A DNA stretch of 54,592 nt from an uncultured Acidobacteriota bacterium (GTDB lineage Bacteria > Actinomycetota > Acidimicrobiia > Spongiisociales > ZC4RG35): contig CAWHEU010000028.1 in NCBI GenBank assembly GCA_963828465.1, positions 1 to 54,592 of the forward strand, read 5' to 3'. The notes beneath the pieces are model-generated. The model saw nothing but the letters and a program-made list of their open reading frames with translations. It was not told the origin of the DNA and ran no database searches. This document shows positions 29,075 through 37,508 of this stretch, in pieces (the first letter of the stretch is position 1; every line of letters begins with the position of its first letter). A program made the translations under genes and the position numbers.

Positions 29075-29236
29075 ATGGAATGCGCACACGAGTCGTGCAC
29101 CTGCCTGGTGATGGAAGAAGGTGGTTTTTGTAGCGAGAGCTGCGAGGTGGGAACCATGTTCGGCGGCTTTTGCGGATGTGACCACGCGGTATGCCAGGCA
29201 AGCCGCGTCCGTGCTCCCGCCATCGACCAATCGTGA
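29075..29236 (+). CDS. Metallothionein-like Cys/His-rich small protein (53 aa; missing from ORF track)
   Basis: MECAHESCTCLVMEEGGFCSESCEVGTMFGGFCGCDHAVCQASRVRAPAIDQS; 8 Cys + 2 His; GGAGG at 29063; stop overlaps next GTG (GTGA). Confidence 0.8.
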   Translation: MECAHESCTCLVMEEGGFCSESCEVGTMFGGFCGCDHAVCQASRVRAPAIDQS

Positions 29237-29586
29237 AGCGACTGAGTCTCATCGGTGGAGCGGCGATCGGGGCTGCTGCCGTCTATCTATTCGATCCAGC
29301 GCAGGGGAAGCGACGGCGCAATCGCCTCGCCCGACAGGTCTCCAGCACGATCGACGCTCTCAGGCCGGGGGGTGAGTTCGGTTCACGGCACAGCCCCAAA
29401 TCCAGTGAGTGGGAGCTACCGATGGCTACCGTTAACATCGACATCGACCAGGGGACTGTGACGCTGCGCGGTGCGTTCCCCCCGGAAGAAGAACATCCGA
29501 GTCGAGCCTGGGCCCATCGTGGTCTGAGTCGGGTTCGGGGACATGCGGCCGTCCGTCGGGGTTTCGACGGGTCGGATCAGGGGTAA
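29233..29586 (+). CDS. YtxH-like N-terminal anchor with a partial BON-like segment (possibly degenerate)
   Basis: LIGGAAIGAAAVYLFDPAQGKRRR typical of YtxH/BON proteins; VNIDIDQGTVTLRG resembles the BON core strands. Confidence 0.6.
   Translation: MKRLSLIGGAAIGAAAVYLFDPAQGKRRRNRLARQVSSTIDALRPGGEFGSRHSPKSSEWELPMATVNIDIDQGTVTLRGAFPPEEEHPSRAWAHRGLSRVRGHAAVRRGFDGSDQG
29560..29586 (+). promoter_or_regulatory. Candidate SigF/SigB-type promoter
   Basis: GGTTT (29560) -16 nt- GGGTAA (29581), upstream of ATG 29612. Confidence 0.6.
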
Positions 29587-29611
29587 TCACAACCTCTAAT
29601 CAGGATCCAAC

Positions 29612-30292
29612 ATGTCCTTCAACCTGTCCTTTCCGACCGTCAAATCCGCAGAACCGGATGACGAGCAGACCAGCACGTTCAGCGCCGCTTATCCCGACCC
29701 ATCCATTGCCGGCGCCGTCGTCGACGACCTCGAAAGAGCCGGTCTGCGCCCCACGGTGATCGAACCGCTCGGTCCCTGGACACTTTCCGCCCTCCCCGAT
29801 CCGGGGAGCAAGTTCTTCGAGCACTCGTTGATCACCGCCGCGACCGGTGCTCTCGCTCTCGGAACGATCACCGCCCTCGCCTCCGTGATCTGGCTCGACG
29901 GGCGGCACTGGTTGGTGTACGCCGGTCTGGGATTCCTCGTCGGCGCCCTGACCGGATGGATCGGCAGCGCCATGTCTGCCACTGCTCATCCGCCCCGCCG
30001 GGAGGACCTCCTCGCCCATCCTGGCGGCGGTCTGACCATCGAGGTCGAGGCCGGCGAGCCCCGCAAGGCAAGACTCGCCGAGTCCGTCATGGGTCGTCAC
30101 GAGCCGACCCTGTTCACCGCCCGGACCAAGCCTGGCCCTCGGTCACCCAGCGAACGGGTGATGTGGGAGCACGACCAAGGTCTGTCGCCGCTCGAAGCGC
30201 TCTCCGTGTGGGTGGATGGTCGGGACCGAAGCAGTCGGTCGGCGGCGCCCCCGCGCGGCCGGCACCTCGAGAGCCACCGTCTGCGATCCTGA
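29612..30292 (+). CDS. Hypothetical 2-TM membrane protein (general-stress/DUF3341-like layout)
   Basis: SAAYPDPSIAGAVVDDLERAGL, then Gly-rich TM hairpin, then GGLTIEVEA. Confidence 0.65.
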   Translation: MSFNLSFPTVKSAEPDDEQTSTFSAAYPDPSIAGAVVDDLERAGLRPTVIEPLGPWTLSALPDPGSKFFEHSLITAATGALALGTITALASVIWLDGRHWLVYAGLGFLVGALTGWIGSAMSATAHPPRREDLLAHPGGGLTIEVEAGEPRKARLAESVMGRHEPTLFTARTKPGPRSPSERVMWEHDQGLSPLEALSVWVDGRDRSSRSAAPPRGRHLESHRLRS

Positions 30293-30432
30293 GGGACGGG
30301 AACTAGCCAGCGGTTGTCCGGGCCAGCTGACCATCCGTAGCGCCCCTCCTGGGCCGAAAACCATTTGCACTACGGCCATAGTGTTAATTAGATTCGCAGA
30401 TTGTTCGGTAGCTAACGATCTGGAGGCAGACG

Positions 30433-31428
30433 TTGAGAAAACTGGTAGCGGCGGCTCTCCTCGTGACGATCGCTTCCGTTGCATGCGGAGGGGCGGGCGA
30501 ATCGGCGGGCGAAGGCCCCTTGGTCGTGTACTCCGGCCGAGCCGAGGAGCTGGTAGGGCCGCTCCTGGAGGAATTCGAAGCCGAATCGGGTATCGAACTG
30601 GACATCAGGTACGCCGACTCGAGCGAGCTTGCCGCCACCCTCATTGCCGAGGGAGAGCAGACCGCGGCCGATGTGTTCTTCGCCCAAGACCCCGCTTCGT
30701 TGGGCGCCGCCGCCGGGCTTATGGCCCCGCTTCCCGAAGAGACACTGGACCTGGTCGACGGGCGGTTTCAGGATCGTGACGGCCGGTGGGTCGGGACTTC
30801 CGGCCGGGTGAGGGTGGTCGTCCACAACACCGATACCGAATTACCGCTCCCCGAGACGATCGATGACGCCACAGACCCGGCCTGGGCCGGTCAGATGGGG
30901 GTGGCGCCCACCAACGGCTCTTTCCTGGCGTTCGTGTCGGCCATGATCCTCGAACGCGGCGAGGACGCGACACGTGAGTGGCTGGAAGCGCTGGCCGCAA
31001 ACGAGCCCGTCGAGTTCGACGGCAACGCGCCCATCGTCGAGGCCACCGACACCGGTGAGCTGGGCGGTGGGCTGGTGAATCACTACTACCTGCTCCGCCT
31101 GCGGGCCGAGGGTCAGGGCAACAACACGGAGAACTACTTCATCCCGGCCGGCGATGTCGGATCGTTGGTGATGCCCGCTGGCGCCGGCGTCATGGCGAAC
31201 ACCGACAGTCCGGAGGCAGCCCAGGAGTTCGTCGATTTCCTTCTCGGTGAGGAAGCCCAGACCTTCTTTGCCACGGAGACCTTCGAGTTCCCTCTGATCG
31301 AGGGCGTCCCCCAGCCCGACGGAGTCCCACCCCTCTCCGAGATCGACGCCCCCGACATCGACCTGAGCGACCTCGCTGGCGTGCTCGACCAGGCCACGCG
31401 TCTGGTAGCCGAGGCCGGCCTGGTGTGA
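30433..31428 (+). CDS. Fe(III) ABC transporter substrate-binding lipoprotein (FutA/FbpA-like)
   Basis: Lipobox ASVAC; LVVYSGR, ADVFFAQD, GLVNHYY (tandem Tyr iron ligands), FEFPL. Confidence 0.9.
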   Translation: MRKLVAAALLVTIASVACGGAGESAGEGPLVVYSGRAEELVGPLLEEFEAESGIELDIRYADSSELAATLIAEGEQTAADVFFAQDPASLGAAAGLMAPLPEETLDLVDGRFQDRDGRWVGTSGRVRVVVHNTDTELPLPETIDDATDPAWAGQMGVAPTNGSFLAFVSAMILERGEDATREWLEALAANEPVEFDGNAPIVEATDTGELGGGLVNHYYLLRLRAEGQGNNTENYFIPAGDVGSLVMPAGAGVMANTDSPEAAQEFVDFLLGEEAQTFFATETFEFPLIEGVPQPDGVPPLSEIDAPDIDLSDLAGVLDQATRLVAEAGLV

Positions 31429-31429
31429 G

Positions 31430-33004
31430 TTGACTGCCAGGCCGCTGACGGCGCACAGGCCCGAAGTCGGGCAGATTCGACGTCGTGGCGGCTGGGGATG
31501 GTGGGTCGCCGCCGGCGTGGCGCTACTACCCGCGCTCATCCCCCCGGTCAGCTTGTTGTTCCAGGTCATCGGGACCGGGACGACGCTGGCCGTCCCGCCG
31601 GGACGTCTCGCCGAGCTGATGCTGAACACCGCACTGCTCACGGTGGCGGTCACCATCACGGCAGTCGCCATCGGTCTGGCCACGGCGTGGACCACGACCA
31701 GGGTGGCACTTCCATTTCGCAAAGGATGGATGACGCTGGCTGCGCTGCCCCTTGTCGTCCCCTCCTATGTGGCGGCGCTCAGCCTCATCGCCGCAACCGG
31801 GCCCTCGGGAGTCATCGTGGAGACCCCGACGCCTTACGGATTCGTCGGCTCATGGCTCGTGCTCTCGATATTCACCGCGCCATTGGCCCATCTCACCCTC
31901 ATCCCGGGGTTGCGGACAATCGATCCAGCGACAGAGGAGGCAGCGACAGGGCTCGGGGCGAGTCGGTGGCGGGTCTTCGCGACTGTGACGCTCCCCCAAT
32001 TGAAGCCGGCGCTGGTCTCGTCCGGTCTCCTGGTCGGGCTCTACACGATCTCCGACTTCGGCGCTGTGTCATTGCTTCGCTACGACACGTTCACCCGCGC
32101 CATATACACCCTCTATCGGGGCCAGATCGACCGGCGCCCCGCCGCAACCCTGTCGCTGATCCTGATGGCCCTGGCCATCGTGATCCTCCTCATCGAGCGC
32201 CGGTATCGCGCCAGAGTGCCCCTTCACTCCCGACGGCCACGCAGGTCCCGCCCTCTGCTTGCACTGTCGGGCTGGCCACGCGCTGCCTCGACCGCGTCGC
32301 TGACTCTCTACATCCTCGTCTCCCTGGGTCTCCCGCTCGTCGTCATGTCGGTGAGCGTCGCTCGCGGGCTCGATTCCGAGCAGATCGTTGGCTCCCTCGG
32401 CCCGGAGGCGGTCCGGTCGCTGGGAGTCGCGATCATTGCAGCCCTGGTGACCGTGGTTCTCGCCTTCCCGGTGGCCATGGTCACCACCCGCCGGCCCGGC
32501 CGTCTGTCGGGCTGGGTGGAGTCGGCGATGTGGGGCGCTTACTCCCTTCCCCACATCACCGTCGGGGTGGCCGCGGTGGGTTTCGCCCTCAGCACGGCCA
32601 GGTCTCTCTATCAGACACTGATCTATCTGGTGATCATCTACGGCGCCATATTCCTGCCCCAAGCGGCGGGCGCGACTCAGGACTCCCTGGTTCGTGCCAG
32701 CCCGGACCTCGAAGACGCGTCCCGTGGCCTGGGTCGGGGACCAATGGCGACGCTGATGCGGGTGACGCTTCCCCTGGCCTGGCCGGGGTTGGTAGCCGGA
32801 GCTGCACTGGTCTTTCTAAGCGTCATGAAGGAGCTGCCGGCAACGCTGCTCCTCCGCCCCAACGGGTTCGAGACGCTGGCCATCAGGATCTGGAGCTCGA
32901 CCGCGGAAGGATTCATCACAAGGGCCTCTGCCGCCGGGCTCGTTCTCCTCGCCGTCTCGATCGTGCCACTCTTTCTCGTGATGTCACGTGAGCTCAGCGA
33001 CTGA
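31430..33004 (+). CDS. Fe(III) ABC transporter permease (FbpB-like)
   Basis: Duplicated permease with two EAA loops (EEAATGLGAS, EDASRGLGRG), ISDFGAV, KELPATLLLRP. Confidence 0.92.
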   Translation: MTARPLTAHRPEVGQIRRRGGWGWWVAAGVALLPALIPPVSLLFQVIGTGTTLAVPPGRLAELMLNTALLTVAVTITAVAIGLATAWTTTRVALPFRKGWMTLAALPLVVPSYVAALSLIAATGPSGVIVETPTPYGFVGSWLVLSIFTAPLAHLTLIPGLRTIDPATEEAATGLGASRWRVFATVTLPQLKPALVSSGLLVGLYTISDFGAVSLLRYDTFTRAIYTLYRGQIDRRPAATLSLILMALAIVILLIERRYRARVPLHSRRPRRSRPLLALSGWPRAASTASLTLYILVSLGLPLVVMSVSVARGLDSEQIVGSLGPEAVRSLGVAIIAALVTVVLAFPVAMVTTRRPGRLSGWVESAMWGAYSLPHITVGVAAVGFALSTARSLYQTLIYLVIIYGAIFLPQAAGATQDSLVRASPDLEDASRGLGRGPMATLMRVTLPLAWPGLVAGAALVFLSVMKELPATLLLRPNGFETLAIRIWSSTAEGFITRASAAGLVLLAVSIVPLFLVMSRELSD

Positions 33005-34010
33005 CCGCCTCGCCATCCGTGCTCGGGACCTGACGAGGTCGTTCGGCGAGGCAGTCGCTCTAGACCATTTCAGCCTCGACGTGTGGGAAGGCGGCGTGGT
33101 GACCATTCTCGGCCCGTCGGGGTGTGGCAAGACCACGGCGCTGCGGGTGATCGCCGGGTTCGAGAACGCCGGTGGGACGGTCGAGATCCATGGCCGCACC
33201 GTGCTCGCTCCGGGAGTCTTCACCCGTCCGGAGCGGCGAAGGGTGGGGATGGTGTTCCAGGACTACGCGCTGTTCCCGCATATGACCGTTGCCGGGAATG
33301 TCGCCTACGGGTTGCCTAGGGGTGATCGGGCTCCTCGGGTAGGCGAAGTCCTCGAACTGGTCGGGTTGACCGGATTGGAGGGGCGGATGCCGAACGAGCT
33401 CTCGGGAGGCCAACAACAGCGCGTCGCCCTTGCCCGAGCCCTCGCCCCTAAGCCGGAGGTGATCCTGCTCGACGAGCCATTCAGCAACCTCGACGCCAGT
33501 CTTCGTGATCGGGTGCGGCGAGAGTTGCGAAGCATCCTGACAGAAGCCCGCACCACGGCTGTCTTCGTCACTCATGACCAGGAAGAAGCCCTGGCCACGT
33601 CCGACATCGTGGCCGTGATGAAGGACGGCCGGGTCCTGCAGGCCGACACGCCGGGGCATCTCTACTCCAATCCGGCCGACCGATGGGTGGCCGAGTTCCT
33701 CGGCGACGCCGACGTCCTCGAGTCGGTGGCGAGCGCGGGGCGGGTCGATACGGCGGTCGGTGCTTTCGACACCGACCTCCAAGGAACCGTGTCGGTCGTC
33801 GTCCGGCCGGAGAATGTGCAGATCTCCCTCGGCGAGACCCCGAACGCCGTGGTGGCGGGGTCCGAGTTCTTCGGTCATGACCAGCTGGTGACCCTCGCCT
33901 TGCACGAGGGAACCCGCGTTCGGGCCAGGATCGGCCCCCGTCCCATCTACCGGGTCGGCCAACCGGCCCGGGTGCGGGCCACCGACGCCCGCATATTCGC
34001 GCGAGGCTGA
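32988..34010 (+). CDS. ABC transporter ATP-binding protein (FbpC/PotA-like)
   Basis: GPSGCGKTT, LSGGQQQRVALARAL, LLDEPFSNLD, VTHDQEEA; TOBE-like tail. Confidence 0.93.
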   Translation: MSSATDRLAIRARDLTRSFGEAVALDHFSLDVWEGGVVTILGPSGCGKTTALRVIAGFENAGGTVEIHGRTVLAPGVFTRPERRRVGMVFQDYALFPHMTVAGNVAYGLPRGDRAPRVGEVLELVGLTGLEGRMPNELSGGQQQRVALARALAPKPEVILLDEPFSNLDASLRDRVRRELRSILTEARTTAVFVTHDQEEALATSDIVAVMKDGRVLQADTPGHLYSNPADRWVAEFLGDADVLESVASAGRVDTAVGAFDTDLQGTVSVVVRPENVQISLGETPNAVVAGSEFFGHDQLVTLALHEGTRVRARIGPRPIYRVGQPARVRATDARIFARG

Positions 34011-34027
34011 CGTCCTAGCCTTTCGAG

Positions 34028-34723
34028 GTGGACTCGGCTCTGGCCCTTATCGCGGCGTTGGCCGCTTCTTTCTTCGCCGCCGATCTCTGGCTCGACTACC
34101 GAAGAAGGCCCCGGCCCCACATTGCCGCCTACGGGACTGGCATGACCATGTTCGCCATCGCCACGTGGGCCTTCTTCCTGGGCATCACCATCGGCTGGAC
34201 GGGGCCGATGTACCGAATCTTCTATCTATTCGGGGCCATCCTCAACATCCCGTTCCTGGCCCTGGGCTCGATGTTCTTGGTCGTCGGGAAGAGGTCTGGC
34301 CACGTCATGGCCATCGCGCTCGGCGCCCTCACCGCCATTTCCACCACCCTGACCGCCACCGTGCCATTCGCCAATCCCCTGCCGGAGACCGGGGTGCCGC
34401 ATGATGTGTTCGCCTCGGGTTTCGGTCCCAGGCTGTTCGCCATCATTGGTGGGGCACTGGGCGCAACGATCCTCGCCGTCTTGTCCGTCGTGTCGATCGT
34501 CCGATTCTGGAAGAAGAACCGCCGGATCGTCTGGGGCAACTTGCTCATCCTCGGCGGGACGCTGGCTGCGGCATCGGGGGGCACCGGTCTCGCCCTCGGC
34601 GAATCGAGCGCTTTCGCCCTATCTCTGCTGGTGGCTGTGACCCTGATCTGGGCCGGCTACCGGGTGGCATCGGGCGGGCGAGGCGCCACGACCCGAGCCG
34701 AAACCGCCCTGGCCGATCATTGA
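34028..34723 (+). CDS. Hypothetical ~7-TM membrane protein
   Basis: Multiple hydrophobic helices; YRIFYLFGAILNIPFLALG; preceded by TAGCCT-6 nt-GTG. Confidence 0.75.
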   Translation: MDSALALIAALAASFFAADLWLDYRRRPRPHIAAYGTGMTMFAIATWAFFLGITIGWTGPMYRIFYLFGAILNIPFLALGSMFLVVGKRSGHVMAIALGALTAISTTLTATVPFANPLPETGVPHDVFASGFGPRLFAIIGGALGATILAVLSVVSIVRFWKKNRRIVWGNLLILGGTLAAASGGTGLALGESSAFALSLLVAVTLIWAGYRVASGGRGATTRAETALADH

Positions 34724-34938
34724 ATGACGCCTGAGGTTCACCCGGTTGTAAACGTCACGCGGCCTTGGGTTCATCACGTGTCCATACCTTCGCCGTGCCG
34801 ACGAAGGGACAGGGAATCTCTGCACGAATGGATCCCAGGCATGATCTCGCGAAGTCGATCGAGCACCTGAAGGCGGCGGTCGAAGTGCTCAACGCGGTGG
34901 TCGCCGACAGGCTGGCCGGGAACGCTGGGGCGACCCTG

Positions 34939-35883
34939 TCAACCGGGCGTCCACGTCATGTTGATGGATCGTTCGAAGTTGATCCATCCGCCGCGCTCGA
35001 ACGCCGCGGCCATCGGCAGGTTGGTGAGGTCGGTAGCGGCGCGGATGTGGTCGACACCCTGGTCGGCGAGGATTCGGGTGCCCGTGGTGAGGATGTCGTG
35101 GATGTAGCCGTTGCCCCGATGCTCGGGCAGTACGGCGAGATAACCGATGACGGGGTGGTAGTGGTTGTGGCCGGGAGTCACGAAGCCGACTGAGGCGCCG
35201 GTGTGGTCGGTTGCGACTCGCCAATTGTCGCGGCTGCTGAGCTGTTGGGCGAGCTCACCGGAGAAGTGCGTGTGGGCGGCTTCTCTCGGCGTCATGGTCT
35301 TCAGGTCGAGGACGGTATGGGCGTCGAGCGAGCCTGGCACCACCGCTGTCATCAGGTCGAAGATCTCGTCATCGTCGTGGGGTTGACGGAATTCGAGCCG
35401 CCCGCTGGGTGGTGCGATGGGTGTGCCCTTGCGCCATTCAAATCGCAGGCGCTCGACGAACACTCGGGCGCCGGTTTGCTCGGCAATGTCGATGAGCACC
35501 TCCACGTGGCGACGGGAGGCTTGGTTGTCTCGCCAATCAGGCGGCACATAGCGGAGGTACCCGGGCTGCTCTGCTCGGCTACCGATCACCCGGCGGGTAG
35601 CCGTCTCCATCAGGTTTCGGGCGGCGAGGCGATGCACCGGGTCGTCGGGGTTGGCGATGTCGAAAATGTCCAACAGAGAAGGCTCGTTGTCTCCGGGGTT
35701 GCCCCACCACGCCACTCGCGCGACGACGCGGTCATCGATCAGCGCTATCCACATCCACTCGGCTCTCCGTCGCCCCTCGCGAAGATCATCGGCGAGCTCG
35801 GGGTTGAGGCTGTACGGGAGGTCGAGGAATCGCTCCAGTTCGGTCGGTCCCTCGATGGTCCGGAAGAGAGGGGCTGCTGACAT
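34939..35883 (-). CDS. GNAT family N-acetyltransferase
   Basis: IGYLAVLPEHRGNGY (acetyl-CoA motif A), ATDLTNLPMAAAFERGGW; GGAGG RBS upstream. Confidence 0.85.
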   Translation of the reverse strand: MSAAPLFRTIEGPTELERFLDLPYSLNPELADDLREGRRRAEWMWIALIDDRVVARVAWWGNPGDNEPSLLDIFDIANPDDPVHRLAARNLMETATRRVIGSRAEQPGYLRYVPPDWRDNQASRRHVEVLIDIAEQTGARVFVERLRFEWRKGTPIAPPSGRLEFRQPHDDDEIFDLMTAVVPGSLDAHTVLDLKTMTPREAAHTHFSGELAQQLSSRDNWRVATDHTGASVGFVTPGHNHYHPVIGYLAVLPEHRGNGYIHDILTTGTRILADQGVDHIRAATDLTNLPMAAAFERGGWINFERSINMTWTPG

Positions 35884-35979
35884 CAAGCCCTCCTGGTCCC
35901 GTGAGAGAAGATGACCATCCGCCGATCTAGCCCACTTGGAACGCGTCGATTCGCTGATCCGCTGAGCACATCTGCCGAC

Positions 35980-37371
35980 TCATCCCTCGATGAACATGAT
36001 GTTGGTGATCCACCCAACCACCAACCCGTTGTCAATGACAAACACGTCCTGAGCACCTGCCTCACCATTCATCAAGGCCATGGCTTCCTCGATGGTGGCG
36101 TCCGGCGGAACGGCGACATAGGACTTGTCGAGGGCATCAGCGTCCTCAGCCAGAAGGTCTGCGAGGGTGCATTTTTCGACCGATCCTGCGTTGATGGCAC
36201 GATCCGCCAGGTACTCGTTGATCGTCGCCCGGTGCACGATCGACTTGGCGCTCTTCCCGTCGAGGATTGGAAGCCGGGTCACATTTTTTGAGCCCATCTC
36301 CTTGACCAGCGACGCCAACAGGATTTCTTGCAGCGGCTCTTGGGCCGCGTTCTTGTAATAGGTCTGTTCGATCGGCAGCATTCGTTCCCGCACCGGGACC
36401 GGTCGGGGAGAGATTGGCACCATGTACACGTCGAACTCCACGCCGTCCGACCTCTGAATCGAGCCAGCTACGAAGGGCACGTCAGTCTGTCCTTTCACCG
36501 TCCTGTAGGCGGCCCAAGTAACCGGGCGCATCTTGCCGACGAGTGCCGCCTCGATCTGGTCCGTCAAGGAGACAAACCACCGTGCTTCCTGGCCGGAATT
36601 GATGTCCTCCATTTTCCAGTCCGCCAGCACGTCGCCCAAAGTCGAGGAGGGCCCGAGCAGCATGCCGAACAAAGCCCCTGCCCCCTCTTCCTCCACTATC
36701 AACGCCCCGGATTCGACGATCTTCTCGTTCCCCTCCCGTGCCCCGGCGAGGTAATTGGCTTTGATTTCGTCGGCGGCTTGGCCGGTGAGACGGACCCTTA
36801 GGAACGGGGATGTAGGCGTGCTGCGTTCGGCCGCGTTCCCTGTGGGAATGACGTCGGCGAGGGCGCCATGAAGCTCGGAAGCGAAATCCTTCAACTCACT
36901 CCCCTCGGGGGCGAACCCGGTCATCGGCTCGTCGCGTCGAGCGAAGAATTGGGTGGAGGACAAGAGAGCCTTGACGAAACCCTGAACAGAGTCGAGATCC
37001 CGGGCATCCACACGCAGCTGATCAGCAAATGGCTTCGGTACGTCTGCGGTGCACTGCACGACGACCACCGCTGTCACATGCTGCTCCGTCGGATCCACCG
37101 CCACGCCGCATTCCCACATGCACCATGACCAATCCTCACGCTCGTCGGTGTACACCAAGATGACGAGATCAGATTCGCCGAGGGCATGCTTCAACTCGGT
37201 ATTGATTGGCTGCCCAAAGCGTGGCCCCTCGAAATCAGGGCTCGAGGAGAGGTGCACGCGCGCATTCCCCGCGCTCTTGTTCTTGACGAACTTGGCGATT
37301 GTTTCAGCAATCGGGCTGTCCGAGTGCTTGTGACTGATGAAGACGACGGGCTTTGTCGAATCGATGGCCAT
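35980..37371 (-). CDS. TIR domain - unknown middle domain - tandem CBS domain protein
   Basis: N-term VFISHKHSD...ALGESDLVILVYT...WSWCMWECG (TIR box 1 and catalytic-Glu helix); C-term TRLPILDG..IVHRATI and VPPDATIEEAMALM..DVFVIDNGLVVGWITN (CBS pair); AGAGGGGG RBS. Confidence 0.82.
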   Translation of the reverse strand: MAIDSTKPVVFISHKHSDSPIAETIAKFVKNKSAGNARVHLSSSPDFEGPRFGQPINTELKHALGESDLVILVYTDEREDWSWCMWECGVAVDPTEQHVTAVVVVQCTADVPKPFADQLRVDARDLDSVQGFVKALLSSTQFFARRDEPMTGFAPEGSELKDFASELHGALADVIPTGNAAERSTPTSPFLRVRLTGQAADEIKANYLAGAREGNEKIVESGALIVEEEGAGALFGMLLGPSSTLGDVLADWKMEDINSGQEARWFVSLTDQIEAALVGKMRPVTWAAYRTVKGQTDVPFVAGSIQRSDGVEFDVYMVPISPRPVPVRERMLPIEQTYYKNAAQEPLQEILLASLVKEMGSKNVTRLPILDGKSAKSIVHRATINEYLADRAINAGSVEKCTLADLLAEDADALDKSYVAVPPDATIEEAMALMNGEAGAQDVFVIDNGLVVGWITNIMFIEG

Positions 37372-37508
37372 GACCCCCCCTCTTTGTTGACCAAAAACCT
37401 ACGCGAACGCAACGTTGGGCGTCGGTTCCACGAGCTCGATGGCTTTGATCAGACGAGTATCACGCGACGTTCATGCAACTCTGATTGGTATGGCGAGCGG
37501 GGGGCGAC

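Noticed and set aside
31498-32991. Long alternative-frame and antisense ORFs (e.g. 31498-32991, 41300-42847, 45917-47377, 51546-52913)
   Set aside because: Arg/Pro/Gly-rich or antisense shadows expected in high-GC DNA; they overlap genes with clear family motifs
34765-35193. Plus-strand ORF (MDPRHDLAKSIEHLKAAVEVLNAVVADRL...) overlapping the GNAT 3' end
   Set aside because: Mostly antisense to a well-supported gene; the short helical N-terminus could be a gene remnant but matches no family I recognise
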